Positions 30,731 to 40,157 of a stretch of DNA of 64,000 nucleotides are shown piece by piece. The DNA is from Bdellovibrionota bacterium (GTDB lineage Bacteria; Bdellovibrionota; UBA2394). The translations under genes and the position numbers were made by a program. The stretch covers positions 2,400 through 66,399 of the forward strand of contig JBILFF010000001.1 of NCBI GenBank assembly GCA_044351695.1, given 5' to 3'. The notes beneath the pieces were generated by a model that worked only from the letters and a program-made list of their open reading frames with translations, did no database searches and was not told the DNA's origin. Each line of letters begins with the position of its first letter. Position 1 is the first letter of the stretch.

Positions 30731-30970
30731 GTGACGGCCCGTCGGATTCCCGCAACGATTCAGCATCAAATTCATCTGCGAGATCGAGGTCACTGCCAAC
30801 ACATCCTACCCAGTGGGCAGAAATGCCGATCCCGGCGAGGCCTTCATATTCATCATGAGCATGAGTATGGGGCGGGTGGGGTGCATGAGCCTGAGAATTT
30901 AAGAACTTACTGCCGAGCCCATCACCAGCTAACTCACTTTCAGCGCGAGATGCGGCTTGAGGCCTGCTAA
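30731..30970 (+). CDS. HNH endonuclease (start uncertain; frame open further upstream)
   Basis: HIHHEHEYGAGGVHEPENLRTYCRAHHQLTH fits the HNH motif (His-metal finger with Cys/His ligands). Confidence 0.6.
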   Translation: MTARRIPATIQHQIHLRDRGHCQHILPSGQKCRSRRGLHIHHEHEYGAGGVHEPENLRTYCRAHHQLTHFQREMRLEAC

Positions 30971-31178
30971 GGTTTGCAAGGATAAGTGAACTCTTTGTCA
31001 TGGGAACGATGGGCTTACGAGAATTGCCCATGGACGACGATGACGAAAAGGTCGCACGCCCTCAAGCACCGGCTCCGGCACCAGCACCCACTCCGGTGTA
31101 TCACGCGCCACAGCCGTATCCGTATCCGCATCCCAAGTACTACAAAAAGAAATCACTACTTAAAGAGCTGTTTGATTT

Positions 31179-32081
31179 TTAAATCTCAATCGTCAGAATC
31201 TTTTTGATCCAAAGAGCGCCCATGGTGATGAAGACCAGCATAAGGCCAAGCAGAATTAAACCCAAGTTGGTGGTGAAAAGCAGGCCGATGTAGTCAGGCT
31301 GCGTGAAATACAAAAGTCCCATCATCACAAAGGGTAGAGACGAGAGAATAAATCCCTGAGTCACGCCCGCACTCACCATGGTTTTAATTTTTTCGTTCAC
31401 GCGCTGACGCTCGCGAATCGTGTGTGCAATGGTCTCAAACGCCTCGCTCAAATCTCCCCCCTGCTGAGAGAGCGTTACCACAGAGTTCACAATCATAAAC
31501 AAATCGGCAGAGGGCACGCGCTTGGACATATTCATAAGTGCCTCGTTCAGCGGAACCCCAATACGATTTTCTTTGATGACCATCGCAAACTCTTGCTTTG
31601 CCGGATTGGGCAGCTCTTGCTCAAGCAATTGCACCACTTGCAAAAAACTAAGGCCTGACTTGATCGCATTAGACATCATATTGAGCGCATCGATGAGCTG
31701 CAGATCAAACGTCTCAAGTCGTTTTTGATACACAAATCGAATCACGATGCCCGGCAAACGATAAGCGCCAAAGGCCAGGAGTGATCCTGCAATCAAACTA
31801 CCAATCAAACCAAAGCGAAGACCGATGAGAAGGCCCACGACCCCAAAAAAGATCGTGGTTCCTAAAATGATTTGATACGCGCGATTCATCGACTGGCGCA
31901 TGTACATGCGATCGAAGTAATCGTAGATCTCGGCAGCGTAGTCATGAACCCCGACCTTAATATCGCGCTCCCATTCTCCGTATTTGTTCATGAAGAGTAA
32001 GAAGAGCGCGACAAAAATCGAGGCCGCACCGAGAACCAAAAATACGTAATACTGCGCTTCGTTAAAAAAATTCTCGATCAT
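31179..32081 (-). CDS. tadB: Tad/Flp pilus assembly inner-membrane platform protein TadB-like (T2SS-F domain)
   Basis: T2SSF-type polytopic membrane protein (…AMVIKENRIGVPLNEAL…); 4-nt overlap with the upstream ATPase gene. Confidence 0.75.
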   Translation of the reverse strand: MIENFFNEAQYYVFLVLGAASIFVALFLLFMNKYGEWERDIKVGVHDYAAEIYDYFDRMYMRQSMNRAYQIILGTTIFFGVVGLLIGLRFGLIGSLIAGSLLAFGAYRLPGIVIRFVYQKRLETFDLQLIDALNMMSNAIKSGLSFLQVVQLLEQELPNPAKQEFAMVIKENRIGVPLNEALMNMSKRVPSADLFMIVNSVVTLSQQGGDLSEAFETIAHTIRERQRVNEKIKTMVSAGVTQGFILSSLPFVMMGLLYFTQPDYIGLLFTTNLGLILLGLMLVFITMGALWIKKILTIEI

Positions 32082-34441
32082 GCCTTAGTCCCCCGAATCG
32101 GTGCGCGAACGGGGAGTGGTCCGGGTGCGCCCGAGGCGCCCGGTGCTGCAGGACGTGAAATCGGTCGGGGAGTGGGTCCTCCCACTTTTGCCGCCATCGC
32201 CGCAGCTCCTGCTGCATTGGCTGGCATAGCGGCTGGACTTGAAGGTACCGAAGCCACGGCTGACCCTGCTGAGGGAGCCGCAGCTCCGCCACCACCAAAC
32301 ATTCCTTTGGGCAAAGCAATTCCTTTGGCCTTGAGTGACTCTACAAATTTGGGAATCAAACCCGACGGCTGATAAGTTCCCAAAACCTTACCCTTCTCAT
32401 CCGTCCCCGACTGCTTAAACTCAAAAATCGGTTGGGTCACAATCGTATCGCCCTCGAGACCCATGACCTCAGTGATATGCGAAATGCGGCGACTTCCGTC
32501 GCTAAAACGTCTGAGCTGAACAATCAAATTTACCGCGCCCGAAATCTGCTCACGAATCGCGTTAATCGGCATATCAAAACCCGCCATCATGACGAGCGTC
32601 TCGATCCGCCGCAAACAATCGCGTGGATTATTAGAGTGAATGGTCGTGAGCGATCCATCGTGGCCCGTGTTCATGGCCTGAAGCATATCGAGCGCTTCAC
32701 CCGCACGACATTCTCCCACCACAATTCGATCGGGTCTCATACGCAAGGTGTTTCGCACGAGATCGCGAATCGTAATTGCGCCCTCACCTTGTAAATTGGG
32801 CGGCTTGGTTTCAAGAGTAATCACATGAGGCTGCGGGAGCTGAAGTTCGGCCGCATCCTCTACAGTAATAATCCGCTCGTCCTCGGGAATAAAGCCTGAA
32901 ATCAAATTCAAAAGCGTCGTCTTACCAGAACCCGTTCCTCCGCTCACAATGATATTCAAATGGGCCTGAACAGCGGCCCGCAAAAAGTCTGACATCTCTT
33001 CAGTCAAGGACCCGTACTTCACCAGATCGGAAATCTGAAGTTTCTCTTTAAAGAATTTTCGAATCGTGAGCGTTGCACCCGAAAGTGCGAGCGGCGGAAT
33101 AATCACGTTGATACGAGATCCATCTTTAAGACGTCCGTCGCAAAGCGGGGTTTTCTCATCGACCCGCCGACCTATCGGCATCAGTATCCGATCGATACAA
33201 CTCATGAGTTGTTTTTCAGAGGTAAATCGCAGATCCGAGAGAAAAATCTTTCCCTTTTGCTCTACAAAAATTCGGTTGTGACCATTCACCATGATTTCGG
33301 TGACGTCTTTACTTTCAAGGAGCGGCTCTAATGGCCCGAGGCCCAAGGCTTCATCGATAATATCTTTGGCGAGGCCTGCGCGCTCTTTTCGATCTTGAAC
33401 TTCTTTTGCCTCTTCTTCGAGTAGGCGGTGTACGGCTTGAATGGTTTGGTTTTTTAATTCTTCACGCTTTCGAGGGTCTTTTTCGAGAGCGAGCGCATCC
33501 ATTTGCTTAAGATCCACCAACTCCAAAAGTCGATCGTGCACACGCATTCGAATGCTAATATTGCGAGTGAGAATGGGATCGGGCGTGCTGCCCGCCTTGG
33601 CGACCAGCTTATCGCTTACGCCTCCGCCGTAAGTAAAAGGCAGAACCGTTTTGAGCGAATCAAAAATCTGCAGAGCTCCGGGCTTGGAATTGGCGGGCTT
33701 GCCGGGCCGAATGCTCTCTTGCACGACACGAAGAGCTTCATCCATCGCCTTGATATAAGGATGCTTTGAATTCAAAAGATGCAGCGGCTTTGCGGTGGCC
33801 ACCGACTGCTGAAACGACGGGCTGTCTGCCGGCAAAAGAATTCGCGCATCGAGCTGCATTTTTTGTCGGAGGAGCGTTGGGTTTACGACTCCGCCCGGGT
33901 TAAAACGATTTACGACCAGTCGCAGTTGATCGTTTGAAAAATGAAGCGATCGAAGCCTCTTAATGTGCTCGCCCGATTGATTCACCGACAGAATGTCGGA
34001 ATCGGTGACCACGAAAATGAGATCGGAGTTCTCAAAAACTCTAAAACTAAGCGGGTTGATGTCTGCGCCCGCATCCACAATCACAAAGTCAAAGCTGCGC
34101 GCCAGAAGCTTAAGCGCCTTGTCGGCTACCACATCATCGAGATTCTGAAAGTCAGTTACAAAGTTGGCTGCATTCAAAATCGACAGGCCTGTCGAGTGTT
34201 TGCCCACCCAGTTCAGCGCAAGCTTGGGGTCCATCTTGTTCGACTCCTTCATAAAGTCGATCAAGGTTTTTTGATCTCTTGCGTTTAAGAAGGTCGAAAA
34301 ATCACCGAGATTTTTTACATCGGCCTCGACCAAACAAATCTTGCTCGCCCCACCTTGCATAAGACCCATGGCCAAATGAATGGCGTAGGTCGACTTACCC
34401 ACCCCATCTTTACCACCAGTGATCGAAATCAAAGCCCCCAT
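32078..34441 (-). CDS. fused TadZ/CpaE-like (ParA/MinD ATPase) and TadA/CpaF secretion ATPase, with low-complexity Gly/Ala/Pro C-terminal tail
   Basis: N-terminal deviant Walker A GGKDGVGKST (MinD/ParA-like); C-terminal VirB11/CpaF region (GGTGSGKTTLLN…TVEDAAELQL…TGHDGSLTTIHSN); 787 aa. Confidence 0.75.
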   Translation of the reverse strand: MGALISITGGKDGVGKSTYAIHLAMGLMQGGASKICLVEADVKNLGDFSTFLNARDQKTLIDFMKESNKMDPKLALNWVGKHSTGLSILNAANFVTDFQNLDDVVADKALKLLARSFDFVIVDAGADINPLSFRVFENSDLIFVVTDSDILSVNQSGEHIKRLRSLHFSNDQLRLVVNRFNPGGVVNPTLLRQKMQLDARILLPADSPSFQQSVATAKPLHLLNSKHPYIKAMDEALRVVQESIRPGKPANSKPGALQIFDSLKTVLPFTYGGGVSDKLVAKAGSTPDPILTRNISIRMRVHDRLLELVDLKQMDALALEKDPRKREELKNQTIQAVHRLLEEEAKEVQDRKERAGLAKDIIDEALGLGPLEPLLESKDVTEIMVNGHNRIFVEQKGKIFLSDLRFTSEKQLMSCIDRILMPIGRRVDEKTPLCDGRLKDGSRINVIIPPLALSGATLTIRKFFKEKLQISDLVKYGSLTEEMSDFLRAAVQAHLNIIVSGGTGSGKTTLLNLISGFIPEDERIITVEDAAELQLPQPHVITLETKPPNLQGEGAITIRDLVRNTLRMRPDRIVVGECRAGEALDMLQAMNTGHDGSLTTIHSNNPRDCLRRIETLVMMAGFDMPINAIREQISGAVNLIVQLRRFSDGSRRISHITEVMGLEGDTIVTQPIFEFKQSGTDEKGKVLGTYQPSGLIPKFVESLKAKGIALPKGMFGGGGAAAPSAGSAVASVPSSPAAMPANAAGAAAMAAKVGGPTPRPISRPAAPGASGAPGPLPVRAPIRGTKA

Positions 34442-36102
34442 CAGTTCGCTCCTCCCTCATCATCGCCCGCCACAGGCTCAACTGCGTCGAGATTGATTTT
34501 TTGTCGAATGTCTTTAGACGCGTCTCGTGCTGAAACCAGAATCTCGGGCGTCACAAAGACAATAAAAATACTTCGGTCTTGGTTCATCGCGCGACTCTTA
34601 AAGACGTTAAAAATATTTCCGAGAGCGGGGGTCACGGGTGCTGTCAGCCCTGGGGCTTGAAACCCAAAAGGTTGCGGGGCATCTTTGATATCAACCATCG
34701 AGGTCTTCACCACACCCCCCAGAGCCACCGTTTCACCTGATCGAACGTAGTTTGAAGTGTCGACACTTGATTCATTAACAATCACGCCCTGAACTTCAGC
34801 TGTAGACGATCCCAGAGCACGCACCGATACCGAGACTTTCATATCAATAAAGTCTCTCTCATCGGCAGTGGGAGTCACATTCAGAGTGACCCCGATAGGT
34901 ACCGGCTCGCCCGAAGTCACCAGCTGACCCTGTTGATTGACGGACTGTAAGAACAACTGGCCTCCCGAATTGATGGCCGCCACTTCTCCGCTCTTCACCG
35001 AGACGCTGGGGTTATGAAACACTCGCGCCACTCCCAAAGCCTTGGCCGTAGAGAGTCGGGGCAAGAAGTCACTCAGAACCGCGGCAAAACTAAAGGGCTC
35101 TTGACCAGCCGGAGTAGGAAATGGACCCACTTGAGTTTGCGCCAACGCCACCGGCGCCCAGCTAAAACTAAAGTTTCGCATAAAAGACTTATTGAGCTCT
35201 ACAAAGTGAGCAGAGATTTGCACCAGTCTGGCGGGTCGAGAGTTTTTACGGTCCGGATTGACCGCGATCACGTTTACGATTTTGTCGGCGGGCACATAAA
35301 TGCCAGCAATCAAACCAGCTCGTTCTTTTTCTTGCTCAGTGGCGACCTCACCCTTCAAGACCACTCGGTCTCTTACGTTTTCGACTTCAACACCAGAGAT
35401 GTTGATTTCGTTTTTAATCCGCCGAGTGAGAATACGCTGCGTGTCTCGCGAGAGTCCTACCAAGTTAACGACCGATGTATTGCCCGCAGTCACCTCGGCA
35501 ATTCGATCGAGATCGGCCTGCAAAAACACTTCGCCCTCGATAATGATGCGGCTACCCACACGCTTAAAGCTTAGGCCTTCAATATCGCGCAAAAGAAACT
35601 TAAGATCTTTGACGTAGGCATCGAGATCACTCGACGTCACCACGAGCTCAATTTTATCTCGCTGAATGCCGCGCGAATCAAAAAGCAGGATGGCTGTTTG
35701 ACCAGGACTTAAGGGAGAGACGATCATTCGACGTCGCGGCCGATCTAAAATCGGAGCCGCTATCGAGGGATTACCAATCGCAATCTCACCAATATCATAG
35801 TCGAATTCGATCGTGCGGGGCACGTTGACCACCAAAAGAAGTTCGCGATTTCGAATTTTATCGATGGGTGTTGCATCGGTACTCAGACTGATGCCCGACG
35901 CTGGCGCACTTGAGCTGGGAGTACTTGGGCTTGAAGCGCTAGAGTCCTCAATCAAGGCGGGAGGAGGCGTTGCGCTCGAGTCGCTAGGCTGACTTGAATT
36001 ACTCGATTCTTGAGCATCGAGCTTGAGTGGTAAAGCTAAGAAGACAAGCACAATCCCAAAATTGAGGTGCTGGCGATAACTACTTTTAGAACGGAGTAGC
36101 AT
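34441..36102 (-). CDS. cpaC: Flp pilus secretin CpaC/RcpA-like
   Basis: Signal peptide, Ser/Pro-rich linker, C-terminal secretin-like region; position between cpaB and the ATPase as in tad/cpa loci. Start taken at an internal Met to limit overlap with cpaB. Confidence 0.65.
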   Translation of the reverse strand: MLLRSKSSYRQHLNFGIVLVFLALPLKLDAQESSNSSQPSDSSATPPPALIEDSSASSPSTPSSSAPASGISLSTDATPIDKIRNRELLLVVNVPRTIEFDYDIGEIAIGNPSIAAPILDRPRRRMIVSPLSPGQTAILLFDSRGIQRDKIELVVTSSDLDAYVKDLKFLLRDIEGLSFKRVGSRIIIEGEVFLQADLDRIAEVTAGNTSVVNLVGLSRDTQRILTRRIKNEINISGVEVENVRDRVVLKGEVATEQEKERAGLIAGIYVPADKIVNVIAVNPDRKNSRPARLVQISAHFVELNKSFMRNFSFSWAPVALAQTQVGPFPTPAGQEPFSFAAVLSDFLPRLSTAKALGVARVFHNPSVSVKSGEVAAINSGGQLFLQSVNQQGQLVTSGEPVPIGVTLNVTPTADERDFIDMKVSVSVRALGSSTAEVQGVIVNESSVDTSNYVRSGETVALGGVVKTSMVDIKDAPQPFGFQAPGLTAPVTPALGNIFNVFKSRAMNQDRSIFIVFVTPEILVSARDASKDIRQKINLDAVEPVAGDDEGGAN

Positions 36103-36961
36103 AAACCTGCCCTCCGCGAATCTCACGATAGGCCGGAGGTGGCCCAACGACGATTGGTAGTTTGATTCCAAAAGCTCTAAACGGATCGAGGTAGTCGAGG
36201 TTATCGACCGTGCTTGTATCTCCAAAGGGTCGCAGCGAGAGAACGATACGACCCGCTGCCTGAGCCAAGATGAGCTTTTGAACATCTTGAGGGCTTAAGG
36301 CCACCGTCACGTTTTTATTCGCAAGATCTCCGCCCTCAAAGGCAGAGGTCATTCGATTCACTTGCGCAGAAGGCAGGCGCTGATCTTGACCCACCGCAAT
36401 GATTTGAATGCGCTGAAAGATGGTACGAACTTCGGCCTTCAGCTCTTGTGTTTGCGCGTTTAGAGCCGCTGCCCCCGCCATACCGCCCCGCTCGATTTCT
36501 TTGGTGCTTACAAAAAGCGTGAGCAGAATATCTACAAAATGACCGGGGCGAATAAGCCCTGCCACACCCACCACATCCTGATCGTCACGAATACCGATGG
36601 TGACCGCTCGCATGCCTTCTGGAATTCTTTTATCGAGCGAGCTCTCATCAAACGGAATGAGTTTAGTCGTCATGATGGGCTCATTGGCCTTGATCGTCGA
36701 CTGAGCGACCTGGCCAATCACTTGTGACTCGTTTACCGCCGTCTGGGGCGGAACATAGCGAGTAGGCCACACCTCTTTAACCACCATGTCGGCGGTGATT
36801 CTTGAGCCAGGGACGATATCTTGAAGTGCCTTAATAATCAGACTCTTCTCATCCATGTCTCCCACACGATTGTCGACCGCCTTACTCACAGACAGCAGAT
36901 AGAACACGGCGGCTCCCACTGCTGCTGCCAATGACCAGACTATAGCGCGTTTGTTTTCCAT
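36086..36961 (-). CDS. cpaB: Flp pilus assembly protein CpaB/RcpC
   Basis: N-terminal TM, SAF-like domain; typical CpaB length (291 aa). Confidence 0.75.
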   Translation of the reverse strand: MENKRAIVWSLAAAVGAAVFYLLSVSKAVDNRVGDMDEKSLIIKALQDIVPGSRITADMVVKEVWPTRYVPPQTAVNESQVIGQVAQSTIKANEPIMTTKLIPFDESSLDKRIPEGMRAVTIGIRDDQDVVGVAGLIRPGHFVDILLTLFVSTKEIERGGMAGAAALNAQTQELKAEVRTIFQRIQIIAVGQDQRLPSAQVNRMTSAFEGGDLANKNVTVALSPQDVQKLILAQAAGRIVLSLRPFGDTSTVDNLDYLDPFRAFGIKLPIVVGPPPAYREIRGGQVYATPF

Positions 36962-36962
36962 C

Positions 36963-39900
36963 TCAGTTCGTAGCCTTTCGCTCCTGCGACTTCAGAATTT
37001 CTGCAAATCGCATTTTTGTTTCGACATAACGACGGGACTTTTCTTGGTAATGCGCCTTGAGCGCCTCCAAAGTTTCTCGACCCGTCGTAAACTTAACTCG
37101 TGTGTAAATCTCTTCGGCTCGCTTCAAGCGCTCGTACTGAGAATCAGCAGGACTCATCTCGGCCTTACGATAAGCCTTGATCATTTGCGCAGCGGCTCGA
37201 GCGGCCTGAGCAAAGCGTCGCTCTTCGCTGAATCCACTGGCAATCACGGGACGATCCGATAGTTTTTCTTCGGCAACGCGTACTAAGTGAAAAACTTTTT
37301 GGGCTTCTTTGTAGCGCTCTTGATAGTTTTGGTGGGCCTTTGCAATCAGAGCTCGGTCTGCCTCGAGGCGTGCACCAGGAGCCGGTCGCTTAAGTTTTCG
37401 ATCGAGAATCTTTTGAGCCTCGTCAATTTTTTTCTGAAGTGCATTTAAATAAACCTCTGTTTGCAGCTCGCCCTCGGCCGCTCGGGCCTCGATGCTTTGT
37501 ATCGCCTCTTGAGAGGCCTCCAGAGTTCGCCAAAGGGCCGCCCCGTCGCGGTGACCAAATCGTCGCAAGACCTCGCGCTGAGAGATTTGACTGAGGGCAT
37601 TTGAGAGCGCCGTTAAACTGCCCGCATGACTTGAGCCTTCAAAGTTTTCTTTGAGAGCTCGAGGAAAATTTTGCTCTCCTTGTCGACGAATATTGTCGGC
37701 AAGAGCGGCTGTAAATTGCTGTTCGGCACGAACGATTTTTGGATTCAGGCTCATGCGACGACCGGCATTGCCCATGTCAACCGCGCCTGGTGCGCCTGAG
37801 TTCGAAGCCATCTGGCGCGCATAAGATTCTTCGCGATCGACGATGCGCTGCACGCTTTGATACGCCAAGAGCATGTCTTGAACAATTTGCTGATCAGGGG
37901 TTCGGCCCTGTGCCGTTTCTCGAGTGATATGATCCTCAGCCTGAGCAATCACACTCATGTATTCATCAAATCGAGCACGGTCGCCCTCCGTCAGCTGGGC
38001 ACGAATCGAGTTGGCCTTAGAATTGATCGTCGTCATTTTTTGACGAACATCACTTGCGGCCACCACTTCAACCGCGCTAGCCGGCTTACCGCTAGGGCCG
38101 CGATTTCGAGCAAACGAAGCGGCCTCGCTACTGGCTTGATTTTCCAACTCGCCGATTTCTTTTTGGGCCGCTGCATAATCAGCCCGCCCTTGGGCTTCGA
38201 TCTGATCAGCTACATCTTGAGCTTGATTGTATGCCTCGACCGCGCCCTTCACACCACCAGCCGTACCCACGACCATGTTGCCCGCATTGATCGTGGCGTT
38301 CACCGTTTTGAAGGCATCATTCGCCTTTTCGAAAGACGTTCGATTGTCGGGCGCTGCTTCTTTTGAGTTTGCATCTTTGTTGCCCTCACCAGAGGCTACG
38401 GCTTGGCCTGCGGCGTCTTTTTCTTTGCTCGAATTTTTAGCGTATTCGCCCACGGCGTCGGCAAACATTCCCGCAGCGCCTACTAATGCCAGCGCTCCCG
38501 CTCCCATGGTGGCGTAACCAAATTTTTCAGCCAACTCTTGATTACCAGTGGCCTGAGCGATGCTGCCGCCCACTGCTGCCACCCCGCCGATCGCGGCTCC
38601 CGTTTGAGCCAAGGCCTCAAAAGGTTTATCACTCAAAGAAATTTTGCCTGACTGCACACCGTGAGCAAATGAGCCCACCCCTCCCACTGCGGCAAGTGCC
38701 CCACCAGCAAGGCCGAGGCCCTTGGCGACTCCACTATCTGGATCTGCTATTCCAACAATCCCGCCGGCACCACTAATCAAGCCCCCCGCAGCGGTGACGG
38801 CCTCCCACTTAGCCCCGTCGACCCACTTGCCCTCTTTGATCCAGGTGTCAGTGACGCCTGTATAATTTTCTCCAAAACTAAAAGCAGCTCCACCAAAACC
38901 AGAAACAGTGCTCACGATACCCGCTGCTCGGCCAAAGTTAGGGTCGACGAATCCTCCAATCGTTCCTACACCGCCAGAAACTCCACTGATTCCTTTAAAA
39001 ATGTCTGAACCCAAACCCGCTTGGCCTAGAGTTTGGTTGTTCACTGTGAAACCATCAAATTTTTGAAAACTTGAAATTCCGCCTGCAATTCCTCCAGCGG
39101 CCCCAGTGATAGCTGCGGCCATACCCAAAGCCTCACTTTGATTTCCGCCGAGTGCTAAGCCCGCGTTCACTAAATTGAGTCCATTAGAAACTGTGTTTAA
39201 AACCTGGCCGGTATTGTAGATGACAAAGCCTTCTTTGAGTCCCTGCCCCCCTCCTAGAAACTGTACAATGTTATTGAGAGTGCTATTGGCGGTCGCACCC
39301 GCTGCCGCCCCCGTGTTTGCAGCACTTGCAGCACTTGCTGCGTTTATCGCTTGAATGTTTGCAATCGATGCCATCGCAAGAGAGACGATGGCTGCAACAC
39401 CTCCTCCTGTAATTCCATCCATCGCGCTCACAGTGCCTCGAAAGTTGTGCGCTTCTTGAGCAAGTCGTGGGTCGTTCTCGACGATTTGCTTGAGCTGCTC
39501 TTCAATAAACTGCGTGTTGTCAATGAGGCCCACACCCGCCACATCGGCGGCCTGCATGAGCGGCTGAAGTTTTAATAGGTGAACTCCGCCACTATAAATT
39601 CCGGTGCCGCCACCAAAACCAGCGGCCTGATTCAAGTTTAGATCTGAGGGGTCTTCATTTAATTTCAAAGATCGATTAGAGGCAATCGCCACCGTTTGAC
39701 TCATGACCCACTCACGAGCTGCTATGTCATCACCACCAATATCCCACTTGTATTTAACAACCCCCGTCGGAAAACTAAATTGCTGCCAAAAACGATTTTG
39801 TACTTTGGGCAGGGCGCCATCAAACTGCATCTCGCCCTCAACTGCTTTTTTAAAACTATCGATCTTGTCGAGCTCGATGCGAGTGCCCGGGGTTTCTTTG

Positions 39901-40157
39901 CCCAACTGAAACACAAGAAAACCTTTGTTGTTCTGCAGATCGTCTTCGCCAAATCTCTCGGTTCCGAAATCCGAAAAATTACCCAGCTCTAAAAAGGCTT
40001 GCGACCGAGCTAACATGGTTTGCTTTTGACTAATCTCGAAAAGATTATTCATCACAAAGGCCGCACCGAAAAAGAAAACCACCAAAGAAAGCACCGCAAA
40101 AAGCTCAATAACGCTTTGAGCTCGATGCGATTTATACTGGCGACTGGTGCTCTTCAT
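36963..40157 (-). CDS. giant (1064 aa) Gly/Ala-rich protein with prepilin/TadE-like N-terminus (putative giant pseudopilin or pilus tip protein)
   Basis: N-terminal …HRAQSVIELFAVLSLVVFFFG matches the Flp/TadE-type prepilin pattern (A/G|Q-x-x-x-E plus hydrophobic helix); long GGxG-rich repeats; C-terminal coiled-coil-like region. Confidence 0.55.
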   Translation of the reverse strand: MKSTSRQYKSHRAQSVIELFAVLSLVVFFFGAAFVMNNLFEISQKQTMLARSQAFLELGNFSDFGTERFGEDDLQNNKGFLVFQLGKETPGTRIELDKIDSFKKAVEGEMQFDGALPKVQNRFWQQFSFPTGVVKYKWDIGGDDIAAREWVMSQTVAIASNRSLKLNEDPSDLNLNQAAGFGGGTGIYSGGVHLLKLQPLMQAADVAGVGLIDNTQFIEEQLKQIVENDPRLAQEAHNFRGTVSAMDGITGGGVAAIVSLAMASIANIQAINAASAASAANTGAAAGATANSTLNNIVQFLGGGQGLKEGFVIYNTGQVLNTVSNGLNLVNAGLALGGNQSEALGMAAAITGAAGGIAGGISSFQKFDGFTVNNQTLGQAGLGSDIFKGISGVSGGVGTIGGFVDPNFGRAAGIVSTVSGFGGAAFSFGENYTGVTDTWIKEGKWVDGAKWEAVTAAGGLISGAGGIVGIADPDSGVAKGLGLAGGALAAVGGVGSFAHGVQSGKISLSDKPFEALAQTGAAIGGVAAVGGSIAQATGNQELAEKFGYATMGAGALALVGAAGMFADAVGEYAKNSSKEKDAAGQAVASGEGNKDANSKEAAPDNRTSFEKANDAFKTVNATINAGNMVVGTAGGVKGAVEAYNQAQDVADQIEAQGRADYAAAQKEIGELENQASSEAASFARNRGPSGKPASAVEVVAASDVRQKMTTINSKANSIRAQLTEGDRARFDEYMSVIAQAEDHITRETAQGRTPDQQIVQDMLLAYQSVQRIVDREESYARQMASNSGAPGAVDMGNAGRRMSLNPKIVRAEQQFTAALADNIRRQGEQNFPRALKENFEGSSHAGSLTALSNALSQISQREVLRRFGHRDGAALWRTLEASQEAIQSIEARAAEGELQTEVYLNALQKKIDEAQKILDRKLKRPAPGARLEADRALIAKAHQNYQERYKEAQKVFHLVRVAEEKLSDRPVIASGFSEERRFAQAARAAAQMIKAYRKAEMSPADSQYERLKRAEEIYTRVKFTTGRETLEALKAHYQEKSRRYVETKMRFAEILKSQERKATN

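Noticed and set aside
30441-31031. 196-aa minus-strand ORF
   Set aside because: It overlaps the plus-strand ORF that carries a clear HNH nuclease motif. It has no features of its own, so it is most likely an antisense artefact.
37739-38776. Plus-strand ORFs of 62-169 aa
   Set aside because: They are antisense within the 1064-aa pilin-like giant gene, with the same low-complexity artefact.
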